Position numbers and translations under genes: made by a program
Shown here: positions 54,239-64,000 of the stretch, piece by piece
How positions within the stretch are numbered: the first letter of the stretch is position 1
How the letters are laid out: every line of letters starts with the position of its first letter
Notes under the pieces: generated by a model
What the model saw: the letters and a program-made list of their open reading frames with translations, nothing else
Told to the model about the DNA's origin: nothing
The model's database searches: none
Assembly (NCBI GenBank): GCA_021298175.1
Contig: JAJTDW010000003.1
Coordinates: 26,904-90,903, forward strand
DNA: 64,000 nt
Source: Pseudomonadota bacterium
GTDB lineage: Bacteria > Pseudomonadota > Gammaproteobacteria > Burkholderiales > UBA11063
Direction of reading: 5' to 3'

Positions 54239-54898
54239 TTATAGAACTCTGCCAAGTAAATATACCACCCTACCCACAACTTTTAAATCATCATGCATAT
54301 TAAAATGTTTTTCAGGATAAACAGGATTTTCAGAACGAGCAATAAGCTTGCCGCTACCAATTTCTTTAAACATCTTTTTTATAAAAATATCATTCTCCAT
54401 AGATATCGCATAAATTCGATTGTCAATTATTTCGTTCTGGGAAATATCCACAATAACTTTTTGCCCATCATAAAGCTCTGGAACCATGCTATCGCCTTGT
54501 ATTTCAAAGACACACAGGGTCTCCTCCTTCCAGCCAAATATCTTAATGTCGCTACGATCAACGGAATGATAACGAACAATATTTTGTTCAAAAATTGTGT
54601 TGCCGTGCCCTGCTGATAAACGATTACTATATACTGGAATATGCAGTACTGTTTCATATTCAGCAATTCCACCATCCAAATCAAGATTACCAGGTTGCAA
54701 CTTAAACAACTGTTCTACAGTTTTTGCAACTTTAGAGCCAAACTGCCTGTTTCCCTTTGTAATCATATAATATGGCGTTGGGCTAATTCCATACTTTTTT
54801 GCAAAAGCATTTATCGAACCATCAAAATGCTCTTTAACCAAGCGCAAGAAGTTATTAACTCGAATAGCGTTAAGTCTATCACTCACTTTATACCTCAT
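54239..54898 (-). CDS. CI/LexA-like repressor (HTH + S24 peptidase)
   Basis: N-terminal HTH-like region; SAG cleavage site (RLSAGHG), GDSM Ser, IKKM Lys. Confidence 0.88.
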   Translation of the reverse strand: MRYKVSDRLNAIRVNNFLRLVKEHFDGSINAFAKKYGISPTPYYMITKGNRQFGSKVAKTVEQLFKLQPGNLDLDGGIAEYETVLHIPVYSNRLSAGHGNTIFEQNIVRYHSVDRSDIKIFGWKEETLCVFEIQGDSMVPELYDGQKVIVDISQNEIIDNRIYAISMENDIFIKKMFKEIGSGKLIARSENPVYPEKHFNMHDDLKVVGRVVYLLGRVL

Positions 54899-54946
54899 AA
54901 AGAAATAAATTTACTTTCTCCTCTTGAGAGAAGGTGATATAATACC

Positions 54947-55076
54947 GCTAGAACTTTTGTGTTATTAAATTCTATTTTAATTACCGCAATGAGTGTAAGC
55001 TTTGCGGATAAATAGATTATAACCATAAGTTCTAGCAGGTGGCTCATGTTTTTTTGCAAGCAACGTAGCCATCTGC
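54947..55076. other. Two adjacent hairpins upstream of the repressor
   Basis: 10-bp IR GCTAGAACTT/AAGTTCTAGC (54947-54956/55027-55036) with inner stems; second stem GCAGGTGGCT/AGCCATCTGC (55035-55044/55067-55076). Confidence 0.55.
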
Positions 55077-55373
55077 TCCACAGTAGGTATTATAGCATTC
55101 CGAAATAACAAATAATAGTATATCTCTTAAGCCCTCACCTACCAAAAAAACAAGTATTTCTAAGCTACATAAATTAACTACCAAAAATTGGATTATATTA
55201 AGCATCGTATTATACTATATCAATATATTATCTAGCTATCAAAAATTTTGTAACCCCCTTACATAGAACTATAGATCATTACCGCAAATTCAAATATAAA
55301 AACATCACCCCTCAATATGCTATTTGCTTTATAATAATGCGTATTAAAAATAAAGATCATTGGAGAACTTAAA

Positions 55374-56096
55374 ATGATTAGACTTGGTGTAAACATTGAC
55401 CATATTGCAACAATCCGTAATGCTAGAGGAGAGCCATTCCCAAGTGTTATTGAAGCCGCCCTAGTTGCTGAAACAAATGGTGCAGATCTAATAACTGTCC
55501 ACTTAAGAGAAGACAGAAGACATATAAAAGACGATGATGTGTTTTTACTTAGACAAACATTAAAAACTCAACTAAACCTAGAAATGGCAGCAACCCAGGA
55601 AATGTTAGAAATAGCACTGGAGGTACGCCCAGACTTCGTATGCCTAGTACCTGAAAAACGCCAAGAACTAACCACCGAAGGCGGGCTTGATGTTATCAAT
55701 AATTTTAACCATATTGCTAATATAATAAAAACCTTACACGATAATAAAATTTGGACATCAATTTTTATTGATCCTGATTCAACCCAAATAACTGCAGCTC
55801 GCGAAGCCAATGCATATGCCATTGAGATTCATACAGGAAAGTATGCACAAGCTAAAAATAATTATTCCTCAACAGAAGAGTTCTTCCGCATAAAAGATAT
55901 GGCGGAACTTGCTGACTCACTGGAACTTATAGTTAACGCAGGACATGGACTTAATTATCATAATGTTCAGCCAATTGCTAGGCTTCCACAAATGCATGAA
56001 CTAAATATAGGGTATGCTATCATAGCCCAAAGTGTATTTGCTGGGCTACCCAATGCCGTATCTAAAATGAAGCAACTTATGTTAATGTTAGAATAA
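55374..56096 (+). CDS. pdxJ: Pyridoxine 5'-phosphate synthase
   Basis: [47 protein letters not shown]. Confidence 0.97.
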   Translation: MIRLGVNIDHIATIRNARGEPFPSVIEAALVAETNGADLITVHLREDRRHIKDDDVFLLRQTLKTQLNLEMAATQEMLEIALEVRPDFVCLVPEKRQELTTEGGLDVINNFNHIANIIKTLHDNKIWTSIFIDPDSTQITAAREANAYAIEIHTGKYAQAKNNYSSTEEFFRIKDMAELADSLELIVNAGHGLNYHNVQPIARLPQMHELNIGYAIIAQSVFAGLPNAVSKMKQLMLMLE

Positions 56097-56216
56097 GATA
56101 CTCTAGCCTTAATATTTAATAATACATAAAAATTTAAATTTGACTTAATGGTTACGTAATGATAAAATTTAATGAGTAAATGGGCGACCCATATATTAAA
56201 ATAGAAAGACTTTGAA

Positions 56217-56828
56217 ATGCAAAATATGCTTCTGGTCTTAAGTGGCATTTTATTTGTGCTAGCAGTATTTCCTGGTATTGGACCACAAAACCTTAATACC
56301 GCAAGCCATGGTATAAGAAAAAACCATCATTATGCAGTTGCAACCACATGTTTTATAGCAGATGGGTTATTAATTATACTCGGTGGGGTTGGGCTTAAAC
56401 TTTCCAATTCTCACTTAATTATCACCATAATTAATATAATTGGTATAGCATTTATCCTATTTTATTTATTTATAAAAATCAAAAGACTTTTTGGTTCTCA
56501 TGAAAAATATAAAATATCTCCACAAATGGATAGCCTAAACACCTCTATAACTAGGGCGATCGCTTTAACTTGGCTAAATCCACTAGTGTTTATGGATACA
56601 ATTGTAATTCTGGGGGGTGCAGCTAGCCATTACTACAATAATGATTGGTATTTATTTATGCTGGGGGCTATTATTGGAGATTTTATATGGCAATTTGGTT
56701 TAGTTTCTTTATGCAGTAAATTTTCATATAAGCTCAATAATGTTAAAGTATGGGTTTCGTTAGATTCCTTTACTATCATTGTAACTTCTTATGTGTTATA
56801 TAAGACAATTTACTTGGTAATGCATTAA
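56217..56828 (+). CDS. LysE/ArgO family exporter
   Basis: GIGPQN, C..AD..LI..G..G, TWLNP.V.MDT. Confidence 0.85.
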   Translation: MQNMLLVLSGILFVLAVFPGIGPQNLNTASHGIRKNHHYAVATTCFIADGLLIILGGVGLKLSNSHLIITIINIIGIAFILFYLFIKIKRLFGSHEKYKISPQMDSLNTSITRAIALTWLNPLVFMDTIVILGGAASHYYNNDWYLFMLGAIIGDFIWQFGLVSLCSKFSYKLNNVKVWVSLDSFTIIVTSYVLYKTIYLVMH

Positions 56829-56829
56829 T

Positions 56830-57219
56830 ATGATTGTTGGAATTGGACACGATATTGTTGAAAATAGTCGTATTAAAAAACTATTAGACCTCTATGGAGA
56901 TAAATTTGCAGCTAAAATATTATCTACAAAAGAACTACCGATATTCATGCAGCACAAATCTCAAGCTAATTATCTTGCAAAACGTTTTGCTGCAAAAGAA
57001 GCCTTTGCTAAAGCATGTAATACTGGACTGCGTGACCCGATATTATTAAAAAATATATCTATTCTCAATGACAACTTAGGCAAACCTATATTTGTTTTTT
57101 CAGAAAATTTGCAGCAATGGCTCAACTCACAAAACATATCTAAATACCATATTAGCCTATCTGATGAAAAGTATTTATCTAGCGCCTTTGTAATCCTAGA
57201 AACTACTCATTGTTTTTGA
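56830..57219 (+). CDS. acpS: Holo-ACP synthase
   Basis: GIGHDIVE, AKRFAAKEAFAKA.TG, GKP, ISLSDE. Confidence 0.95.
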   Translation: MIVGIGHDIVENSRIKKLLDLYGDKFAAKILSTKELPIFMQHKSQANYLAKRFAAKEAFAKACNTGLRDPILLKNISILNDNLGKPIFVFSENLQQWLNSQNISKYHISLSDEKYLSSAFVILETTHCF

Positions 57220-57296
57220 ATATCGGACTTTATCAGGCTTTATAAAAGTCTCCTTATGTACTTGTATTAAATATAAGACAGCGTAGTTTCATATTT

Positions 57297-58412
57297 CTAT
57301 AAGTATACTCTAGGAATTCTATCATTAAAACTACACAGAATTTCATAGGTAATAGTGCTACACTTATTAACTACACTTTCTAAAGTAATATTTTGAGTAC
57401 CTTGCTTGCCAATTAACACAACTTCATCGCCAACATAAGCTTCATTACTACCAATATCTACCATTAGCATATCCATGCATATAGTACCTGAGACTTTATA
57501 CATATGCCCCCTAATAAGTACCTCACCAATATTTGACAAGCAACGCCTGTAGCCATCGCCATATCCTATAGGAATAGTAACTACTCGAGTCTCCTGTGTT
57601 GTTGTATATTTATGATTATAACTAATGCCCTGATTAGCAGCAACAACCTTAAAGTAACTTACAATTGATTTTAATTCAAAACATGAAGCGGTATAAGATA
57701 AACCATCATTTAATAATAGTTTATTTGGTGAGTATCCATAAGACATAATTCCAGGACGCACCATATCAAAATATGAATCTGGATAATAACAAACACCCCC
57801 AGAATTTGCTAAATGGCAAATTGTTTCTGGTTTGTGTTTTTTAATATATAAGACTACTTGAGCAAATTTAGTAATTTGTTCTTTTGTAAAGCCATCATCT
57901 GCGCAATCACTACTAGCTAAATGAGAATAAGCTCCAACTAAATTAAGACACTTATGCTGTAAAACATAATCTATTAAATATCTAGCATTTTCAACCCTAA
58001 CACCAATACGGTTCATACCTGTATCAACTTTAATATGCACATTACATACTTTTCCAGTTGATTCACAATATTCAGCAACGTACTGCGCCTTATATAAAGA
58101 AGATACGGTAACCTCCAAGCTATTATTGATTAACGCTTCAACTTGACCTTCTGCAAAAGAACCAAAAACCAAAATTGGTTTTATAATCCCATGTTGACGA
58201 AGTATAACACCCTCATCAAGACATGCAACACCAAAATAATCAACATACTCTTGTGCTATTTTTGCAATACCTACTAAACCATGCCCATAGGCATTGGCTT
58301 TTATTGGTAAACAAAATTTTATTCGCTTATTATTATGATTTACATGATCACGAATCGTTTGAATATTTTGAATAAATTGTTGTGAGTTTATCTCAATAAC
58401 TGTATTGTGCAT
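57297..58412 (-). CDS. alr: Alanine racemase
   Basis: KANAYGHG, HIKVDTGMNRIG, VRPGI..YG, IGYGDG, GTICMDM. Confidence 0.95.
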   Translation of the reverse strand: MHNTVIEINSQQFIQNIQTIRDHVNHNNKRIKFCLPIKANAYGHGLVGIAKIAQEYVDYFGVACLDEGVILRQHGIIKPILVFGSFAEGQVEALINNSLEVTVSSLYKAQYVAEYCESTGKVCNVHIKVDTGMNRIGVRVENARYLIDYVLQHKCLNLVGAYSHLASSDCADDGFTKEQITKFAQVVLYIKKHKPETICHLANSGGVCYYPDSYFDMVRPGIMSYGYSPNKLLLNDGLSYTASCFELKSIVSYFKVVAANQGISYNHKYTTTQETRVVTIPIGYGDGYRRCLSNIGEVLIRGHMYKVSGTICMDMLMVDIGSNEAYVGDEVVLIGKQGTQNITLESVVNKCSTITYEILCSFNDRIPRVYL

Positions 58413-58413
58413 A

Positions 58414-59826
58414 TTAGCCTCTTATCCGTTTTAATACTTCATCTTTACCAAGAAGATATAAAATCATATCAAATGATGGGGTTTGTGTAGTACCGCATAG
58501 TTTAAGTCTAAGAGGCATGCCAATTTGTGGCATTTTTAAGCCATTTGTAGCACAAAAATCTTTAATATATTGTTTGATTGCATCAATACTCCACTGAACA
58601 TCTGCAACACCTACAGCAAAAGTATCTAATATATTACAAGCCTCTGCAGTTAAATGCTTATCTTTATCTTCTTTCGAAATATTAACTCTTTGATAAAAAT
58701 AACTACACTCATATGTGAGGCTATTAAGGTTATCTACGCGAGACTTAACCAAGTCAATTACCTGAACTAGATCTATACCATCATCAGATCTTATACCCCT
58801 TGCATCTAAATTAGCTTTAACTATAAGCCCTAACTCACTATTCGCGGATTGTTTTATATGCTGAGAGTTTACCCAGAGTAGTTTTTTCATATCAAAACGC
58901 GCCGGAGAACTTGATACATTCTTGAAATCAAACCATTCTATAAATTGCTTAAGGCTAAAAATCTCAGCATCCCCATGCCCAAAACATAATCGAGCTAAAT
59001 AATTTAATAAAGCTTCTGGTAAAATCCCCATTTCTTTATATTGCATAACACTCACAGCATCGGTACGTTTAGACATTTTATGCCCATCATCACGTAGAAT
59101 CATCGGCACATGCGCATAAAGTGGCACTTCAGCTTCCAGAGCTTTTAGTATATTTATCTGCCTAGGAGTATTGTTAACATGATCATCACCACGAATAACA
59201 TGAGAAACCCTCATATCTAAATCATCAACCACCACACAAAGATTATAAGTAGGGGTTCCGTCACTACGTGCAAGAATTAAATCATCTAACTCTGCGTTAC
59301 TTATCTCTATTCTACCTTTTACTAGGTCTTCCCATACTACACTACCAGATTCTGGGTTATTAAATCTTACAACTGGGGTAACTCCATCTTTTTTAATCCC
59401 AGAATGCAAGCATCTTCTATCATACCTGGGTTTTAACCCTTTACTCTTCTGCTCTTCGCGCATCTGATCTAGCTCTTCTTTACTGCAATAACAATGATAA
59501 GCCCTGCCATTATCAACTAATTTTTGAATGGTAGACTTATATCTTTCCATCCGCATAGTTTGAAAAAATGGACCTTCATCATAATCCAATCCCAACCAAT
59601 GCATTGCATCTAAAATACTTGATACGGAATCTTCTGTTGATCTCTCAATATCACTATCTTCAATTCGAAGAATAAACCTTCCTTTATATTTTCTAGCATA
59701 AGCCCAAGAAAACAAAGCTGTGCGCGCTCCACCTATATGTAAAAACCCCGTAGGGGATGGTGCAAATCTGGTAATAGTCAATTTAGTTCCTTTCTCCAAT
59801 TGTCTTATGTAACTCTCGTAATTCAC
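58414..59826 (-). CDS. gltX: Glutamate-tRNA ligase
   Basis: TRFAPSPTGFLHIGG, LRIEDSD, HVIRGDDH, KMSKR. Confidence 0.97.
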   Translation of the reverse strand: MNYESYIRQLEKGTKLTITRFAPSPTGFLHIGGARTALFSWAYARKYKGRFILRIEDSDIERSTEDSVSSILDAMHWLGLDYDEGPFFQTMRMERYKSTIQKLVDNGRAYHCYCSKEELDQMREEQKSKGLKPRYDRRCLHSGIKKDGVTPVVRFNNPESGSVVWEDLVKGRIEISNAELDDLILARSDGTPTYNLCVVVDDLDMRVSHVIRGDDHVNNTPRQINILKALEAEVPLYAHVPMILRDDGHKMSKRTDAVSVMQYKEMGILPEALLNYLARLCFGHGDAEIFSLKQFIEWFDFKNVSSSPARFDMKKLLWVNSQHIKQSANSELGLIVKANLDARGIRSDDGIDLVQVIDLVKSRVDNLNSLTYECSYFYQRVNISKEDKDKHLTAEACNILDTFAVGVADVQWSIDAIKQYIKDFCATNGLKMPQIGMPLRLKLCGTTQTPSFDMILYLLGKDEVLKRIRG

Positions 59827-61351
59827 GTTTTAGAATTTTCTTAGTTGCATTCCTTGGTAATTCTGCCATAAAGTAAACTCTTCTCGGTTGTTTAAATGAA
59901 GCTAGATGAGGCTTTAGAAAGTCTTTTATTTCTGTCTCTGTACAAGTTTGATCTTCCCTCAATTCAATATATACAACAGGTACCTCATTGCCATCATCAT
60001 CTCTAATCCCCACAACAGCACATGCATTTATCTTGTCATACGTATATAAAACTTCTTCAATCTCTCTTGGATAAATATTCATACCCTTATGAATTATCAA
60101 ATCTTTTTTTCTATCTACAATATAAATAAACCCTTCTTTATCTAAGCGCCCAATGTCTCCCGTCCTAAACCAACCATCAATAATTGCCTCTTTAGTGTCT
60201 TCAGGTCGATTATAATACCCCTTCATAACACAGTCGCCTTTAACACATATCTCCCCAATGCTACCTATTTCTAGATCCTTCATATTGTCATCGCAGATTT
60301 TGACCTGATAATCAAGTAATGGTTTTCCTACAGAACCAACCTTATTTTCTGCAGGAGAATTACAAGAAACAATCGGAGAACATTCAGTAATCCCGTAACC
60401 TTGCAGCAACTTACCACGTTTGAAAGACGTAGAAAATCTCTTAGAAACTTCATCAGATAAAGGAGCTGCACCAGAAATAAATCCTTTAACATTATGAAAC
60501 CAATGGAAGTACCATGGAAGAGTGGCCTTTGACATCGCACTATAGATATCTGGAACCCCAGCAAAATATCTACATCTATGCAGCAATAGCTGTTTTAATA
60601 AATTTTTAAAATCACTTCTGTTGCTAATTGAGCGAATAACAACTACGCCACTATTTGTATATACTGGCAAAATAACTGTTGCTGTTAAAGTAAAAGCATG
60701 GAACATTGGCAAATAAGATAACATTCTTATCTGTCCATCTTTAACCCCCATTAATTTTTTCCCGCCCTCACAGTTAGAAAAAATATTCTTAAAAGATAGC
60801 TCAGCTCCCTTTGGTTTGCCTGTAGTTCCTGAGGTGTACAATATAAATGCTGTATCATCTAATTTTAAGTCAAATGGCTTATTTACTGGGTATACTGCAT
60901 TCATGATCTTACTATAATCAATATTGTTTTCATTTTCCAACGCACAGCCATTAACCCACACTATTTTATTAATCTCCGTTTTAGATAATAGCCCCTTAGT
61001 TTCTACTGAAAACTTCTCTGAAGAAAATAGTATTTTAGCTCTTGCATCATTAAGCACATAAGATATTTCATCCATTTTAAAGAAATTATTTATAGGAACA
61101 ACAATAGCCCCAATTTTACTAATTGCAAATATATTCACTATATACTGCCATGAATTTGACATAACTAGGGCAACTTTATCTCCGGGCTTTATTCCCGAAT
61201 CAATCAAAAAACCAGACACCTTATCTACATAATCTTTTAACATTATATTGCTAATCTTTAAGCCATCTTCATAAATAATGGTTTTTTTAGTTGCCAACTG
61301 AGCATTATATTCTATAACATCATATAAATTATTAAATCGATACTGCTGCAT
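59783..61351 (-). CDS. Long-chain fatty acid-CoA ligase (AMP-binding)
   Basis: LYTSGTTGKPKG, LPMFHAF, QGYGITE, GWFRTGD, IVDRKKD. Confidence 0.9.
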   Translation of the reverse strand: MQQYRFNNLYDVIEYNAQLATKKTIIYEDGLKISNIMLKDYVDKVSGFLIDSGIKPGDKVALVMSNSWQYIVNIFAISKIGAIVVPINNFFKMDEISYVLNDARAKILFSSEKFSVETKGLLSKTEINKIVWVNGCALENENNIDYSKIMNAVYPVNKPFDLKLDDTAFILYTSGTTGKPKGAELSFKNIFSNCEGGKKLMGVKDGQIRMLSYLPMFHAFTLTATVILPVYTNSGVVVIRSISNRSDFKNLLKQLLLHRCRYFAGVPDIYSAMSKATLPWYFHWFHNVKGFISGAAPLSDEVSKRFSTSFKRGKLLQGYGITECSPIVSCNSPAENKVGSVGKPLLDYQVKICDDNMKDLEIGSIGEICVKGDCVMKGYYNRPEDTKEAIIDGWFRTGDIGRLDKEGFIYIVDRKKDLIIHKGMNIYPREIEEVLYTYDKINACAVVGIRDDDGNEVPVVYIELREDQTCTETEIKDFLKPHLASFKQPRRVYFMAELPRNATKKILKRELRELHKTIGERN

Positions 61352-61643
61352 AAATTCTATTCCTGATAAAAATAATTATTCTTACTCATATGTTTCATGT
61401 AAGAACCCTATTAAATTAAGCTCCAATAAAAGTAATAAATATTATTTTATAAATCGAAACTTGATGTAAAAGAATATATTGTATCAGAATACTACATAAA
61501 TTTGTTCTGATTATTGTATTACATCGCAAAAATTATTCATGCACGCTGAGCATATAACTATGATAAAATATATACTATATTTATATTCCGTTTAGTACAA
61601 TGGTGGTTATTCAACTTTTAGTTAATTTTTTATTCAGGTTTAT

Positions 61644-63851
61644 ATGGCTGTGGAAACTAACGATATTTTATCAAATCTCAACCCAGAACAACTCGCGGCT
61701 GTAACACATATGGAAGGCTCAATGCTGGTACTTGCAGGAGCTGGAAGCGGCAAAACTAAAGTATTAACCACCCGTATTGCCTGGTTAATTGAATCTTTTC
61801 AAATTCAGCCTCATGAAATCTTAGCAGTAACATTCACTAACAAAGCCTCCAAAGAAATGATTCACAGGGTTACCAGTTCAATGAAATTGAAAGCAAAAGA
61901 TTTATGGATTGGCACATTCCATTCTATAGCACTCAGAATTTTGTCAAAACACCATCAAGAAGCTGGATTAAACGCTTATTTCCATATATTAGATATGCAA
62001 GATCAATTAAATGTAATCAAAAGAATTATTAAGCAAGCGAATCTCGATGAAGACAGATACCAAGCTCGCGAATTACAAAAATTTATAAACTCACAAAAAG
62101 AACAAGGATTACGCTCTCAAGATTTAGTAGCAAATGGACTTAGGCAAGAGTATTGGATTAACTTATACGCATCTTATGAAGAAACATGTAATAAAGACAA
62201 CCTAGTAGATTTTACTGAGCTTTTACTGCGTAGTTTTGAACTATTATCTGTTAATGCCCACATTTTAAGCCTCTATCATAGACAATTTAAGCATATTTTA
62301 GTTGATGAATTTCAAGATACTAACCAGTTACAATATAAATGGCTAAAACTGTTTAAATCAGAGCAAGCTAAAATATTTGCCGTTGGAGATGACGACCAAT
62401 CAATATACTCCTTTAGGGGGGCTCAAGTAACTAATATGCAATCATTCCTGATTGATTTTAAAGTAGAATCACCTGTAAGACTAGAACAAAACTATAGATC
62501 AACAACTAATATACTACAAGCAGCAAATGCAGTTATTGGGAATAACAATGGCAGAATTGGTAAAAACCTGTGGACTGAAAACACCATTGGTGAAAAAATA
62601 AAACTATATGAGGCTTATACTGAGGAAGATGAGGCATTCTTTGTTATGGATGAAATCCGCCATTTATCGACTAAAGGTTTACTTCTATCAGAAATTGCGA
62701 TACTTTATCGCTCCAATGCACAGTCCCGAGTATTTGAACAAATATTTTATAGTCGTGGCATCTCATACCGTGTCTACGGTGGGCTACGCTTCTTTGATCG
62801 CCAAGAAATAAAACAAGTTTTAGCATATTTGCGCCTACTGATAAACAATAAGGATAACGATGCTTTCTTAAAAGTAGTAAACTTCCCAACACGTGGAATC
62901 GGAGCCAAAACTATAGAACACTTACAAGAAATATCATCTACCCAAGGCACATCATTATATGAAGCATGTAATATAGTTGAAGGAAAACAAAAGCAGCATC
63001 TATCAAAATTTACAGATTTAATTAATAAAATACAGCTAGGATGTAAAGGCTTAACCTTACCCGAAACCATTGGTTATGTAATTGAAACTAGTGGCATCAC
63101 AGAACATTATAGCAATGACAAAAAAAACGGTAACGAACGCCTAGAAAACCTTAATGAATTAATCAATGCAGTTACTAATTTTAAAAGTGACGCTGAGTCT
63201 AACAATGTTGTTGCCGAATTCTTAGCCCATGCAATACTTGAATCTGGCGAAGGACAAGCCCAACAAACCGAACAAGCCGTACAGCTAATGACTGTACATG
63301 CAGCCAAAGGTCTTGAATTTAAAGTAATATTCATTGTAGGGCTAGAAGAGGGGCTATTTCCACATGATAACAGCATTGAATCTGCCAAAAACCTTGAAGA
63401 AGAACGAAGGCTAATGTATGTTGCAATAACCAGGGCAAAAGAAAATCTTTACTTACTAAGAGCATGTAGCCGCTTAATGTGGGGAAAAAGACAATTAGCC
63501 CCATTATCTCGCTTCGTTAATGAAGTCCCAAATGACCTTATCTCAAATATATCTGGGATTAGCAAAATAGGTTGTGACACATTGTCCTCAAAAGATATGC
63601 TTAATAACCCTGATAACATAAATCTAGTTAACCGCAATATAAGTAACCCCGGATGCAAAACCTCCCATATTGAGCTTACTGATAAAGACTTGACGCTAAA
63701 AATTGGAGATATTGTCCAACATAATAAATTTGGCAATGGTAAAATTATGCAACTAAATGCTGAAGGCAAAAAGCTATCTGCGGAGATCTTCTTTATTGGG
63801 CTTGGAAGAAAAACCCTAGATTTAAATATTGCAAAAATAGAAAAAGTCTAA
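61644..63851 (+). CDS. uvrD: UvrD/PcrA DNA helicase
   Basis: LAGAGSGKT, VTFTNKA, VDEFQDTN, VGDDDQSIY.FRGA, LEQNYRS, LMTVHAAKGLEF, EERRLMYVAITRA. Confidence 0.95.
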   Translation: MAVETNDILSNLNPEQLAAVTHMEGSMLVLAGAGSGKTKVLTTRIAWLIESFQIQPHEILAVTFTNKASKEMIHRVTSSMKLKAKDLWIGTFHSIALRILSKHHQEAGLNAYFHILDMQDQLNVIKRIIKQANLDEDRYQARELQKFINSQKEQGLRSQDLVANGLRQEYWINLYASYEETCNKDNLVDFTELLLRSFELLSVNAHILSLYHRQFKHILVDEFQDTNQLQYKWLKLFKSEQAKIFAVGDDDQSIYSFRGAQVTNMQSFLIDFKVESPVRLEQNYRSTTNILQAANAVIGNNNGRIGKNLWTENTIGEKIKLYEAYTEEDEAFFVMDEIRHLSTKGLLLSEIAILYRSNAQSRVFEQIFYSRGISYRVYGGLRFFDRQEIKQVLAYLRLLINNKDNDAFLKVVNFPTRGIGAKTIEHLQEISSTQGTSLYEACNIVEGKQKQHLSKFTDLINKIQLGCKGLTLPETIGYVIETSGITEHYSNDKKNGNERLENLNELINAVTNFKSDAESNNVVAEFLAHAILESGEGQAQQTEQAVQLMTVHAAKGLEFKVIFIVGLEEGLFPHDNSIESAKNLEEERRLMYVAITRAKENLYLLRACSRLMWGKRQLAPLSRFVNEVPNDLISNISGISKIGCDTLSSKDMLNNPDNINLVNRNISNPGCKTSHIELTDKDLTLKIGDIVQHNKFGNGKIMQLNAEGKKLSAEIFFIGLGRKTLDLNIAKIEKV

Positions 63852-63856
63852 TCACC

Positions 63857-64000
63857 ATGTCAGTCATTATTCAAAAATATGGCGGAACATCTGTTGGCAA
63901 CATTGAAAGAATATTAAACGTTGCCCAAAATATTTCTAAGATGTATAAAAATGGATACCGCTTAGTGGTGGTGGTTTCTGCAATGTCAGGAGAAACCACC
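63857..64000 (+). CDS. lysC: Aspartate kinase, partial (runs off the right edge)
   Basis: MSVIIQKYGGTSVGNIERI...VVVVSAMSGET. Confidence 0.93.
   Translation, partial: MSVIIQKYGGTSVGNIERILNVAQNISKMYKNGYRLVVVVSAMSGETT

Noticed and set aside
54239-55370. Intact prophage
   Set aside because: No cro, integrase, replication or structural genes, and no att repeat matching the tRNA-fMet 3' end was seen.
61352-61643. SOS box upstream of uvrD
   Set aside because: No CTGT-N8-ACAG and no copy of the TACCGC motif found by eye.

Overview
AT-rich bacterial chromosome segment, mostly housekeeping genes. Gene order and protein sequences point to a Betaproteobacterium, probably Neisseriales-like; this is an inference from the rpmE/ArnT-like pair, rpsP-rimM-trmD-rplS, pyrG-kdsA-eno and glyS-gmhB-plsC. 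The window holds about 60 CDS, two tRNAs (Ser-TGA, fMet-CAT), several short palindromic repeat elements, no CRISPR array and no intact mobile element. Two accessory patches stand out. (1) 42.7-45.6 kb: a single-ORF ATP-grasp/PAS/LuxR-HTH fusion, bracketed by a 32-bp direct repeat and preceded by a perfect 11-bp inverted repeat. (2) 51.35-55.3 kb, between tRNA-fMet and pdxJ: an atypical EF-P with Thr at the normally modified Lys/Arg loop tip, lying directly downstream of a GT2 glycosyltransferase. The same patch has an IS30 remnant, a frameshifted VOC gene, and an orphan CI/LexA-like repressor whose upstream region is structured and lies between two facing extended -10 elements. All family assignments come from motif recognition by eye; no database searches were run.
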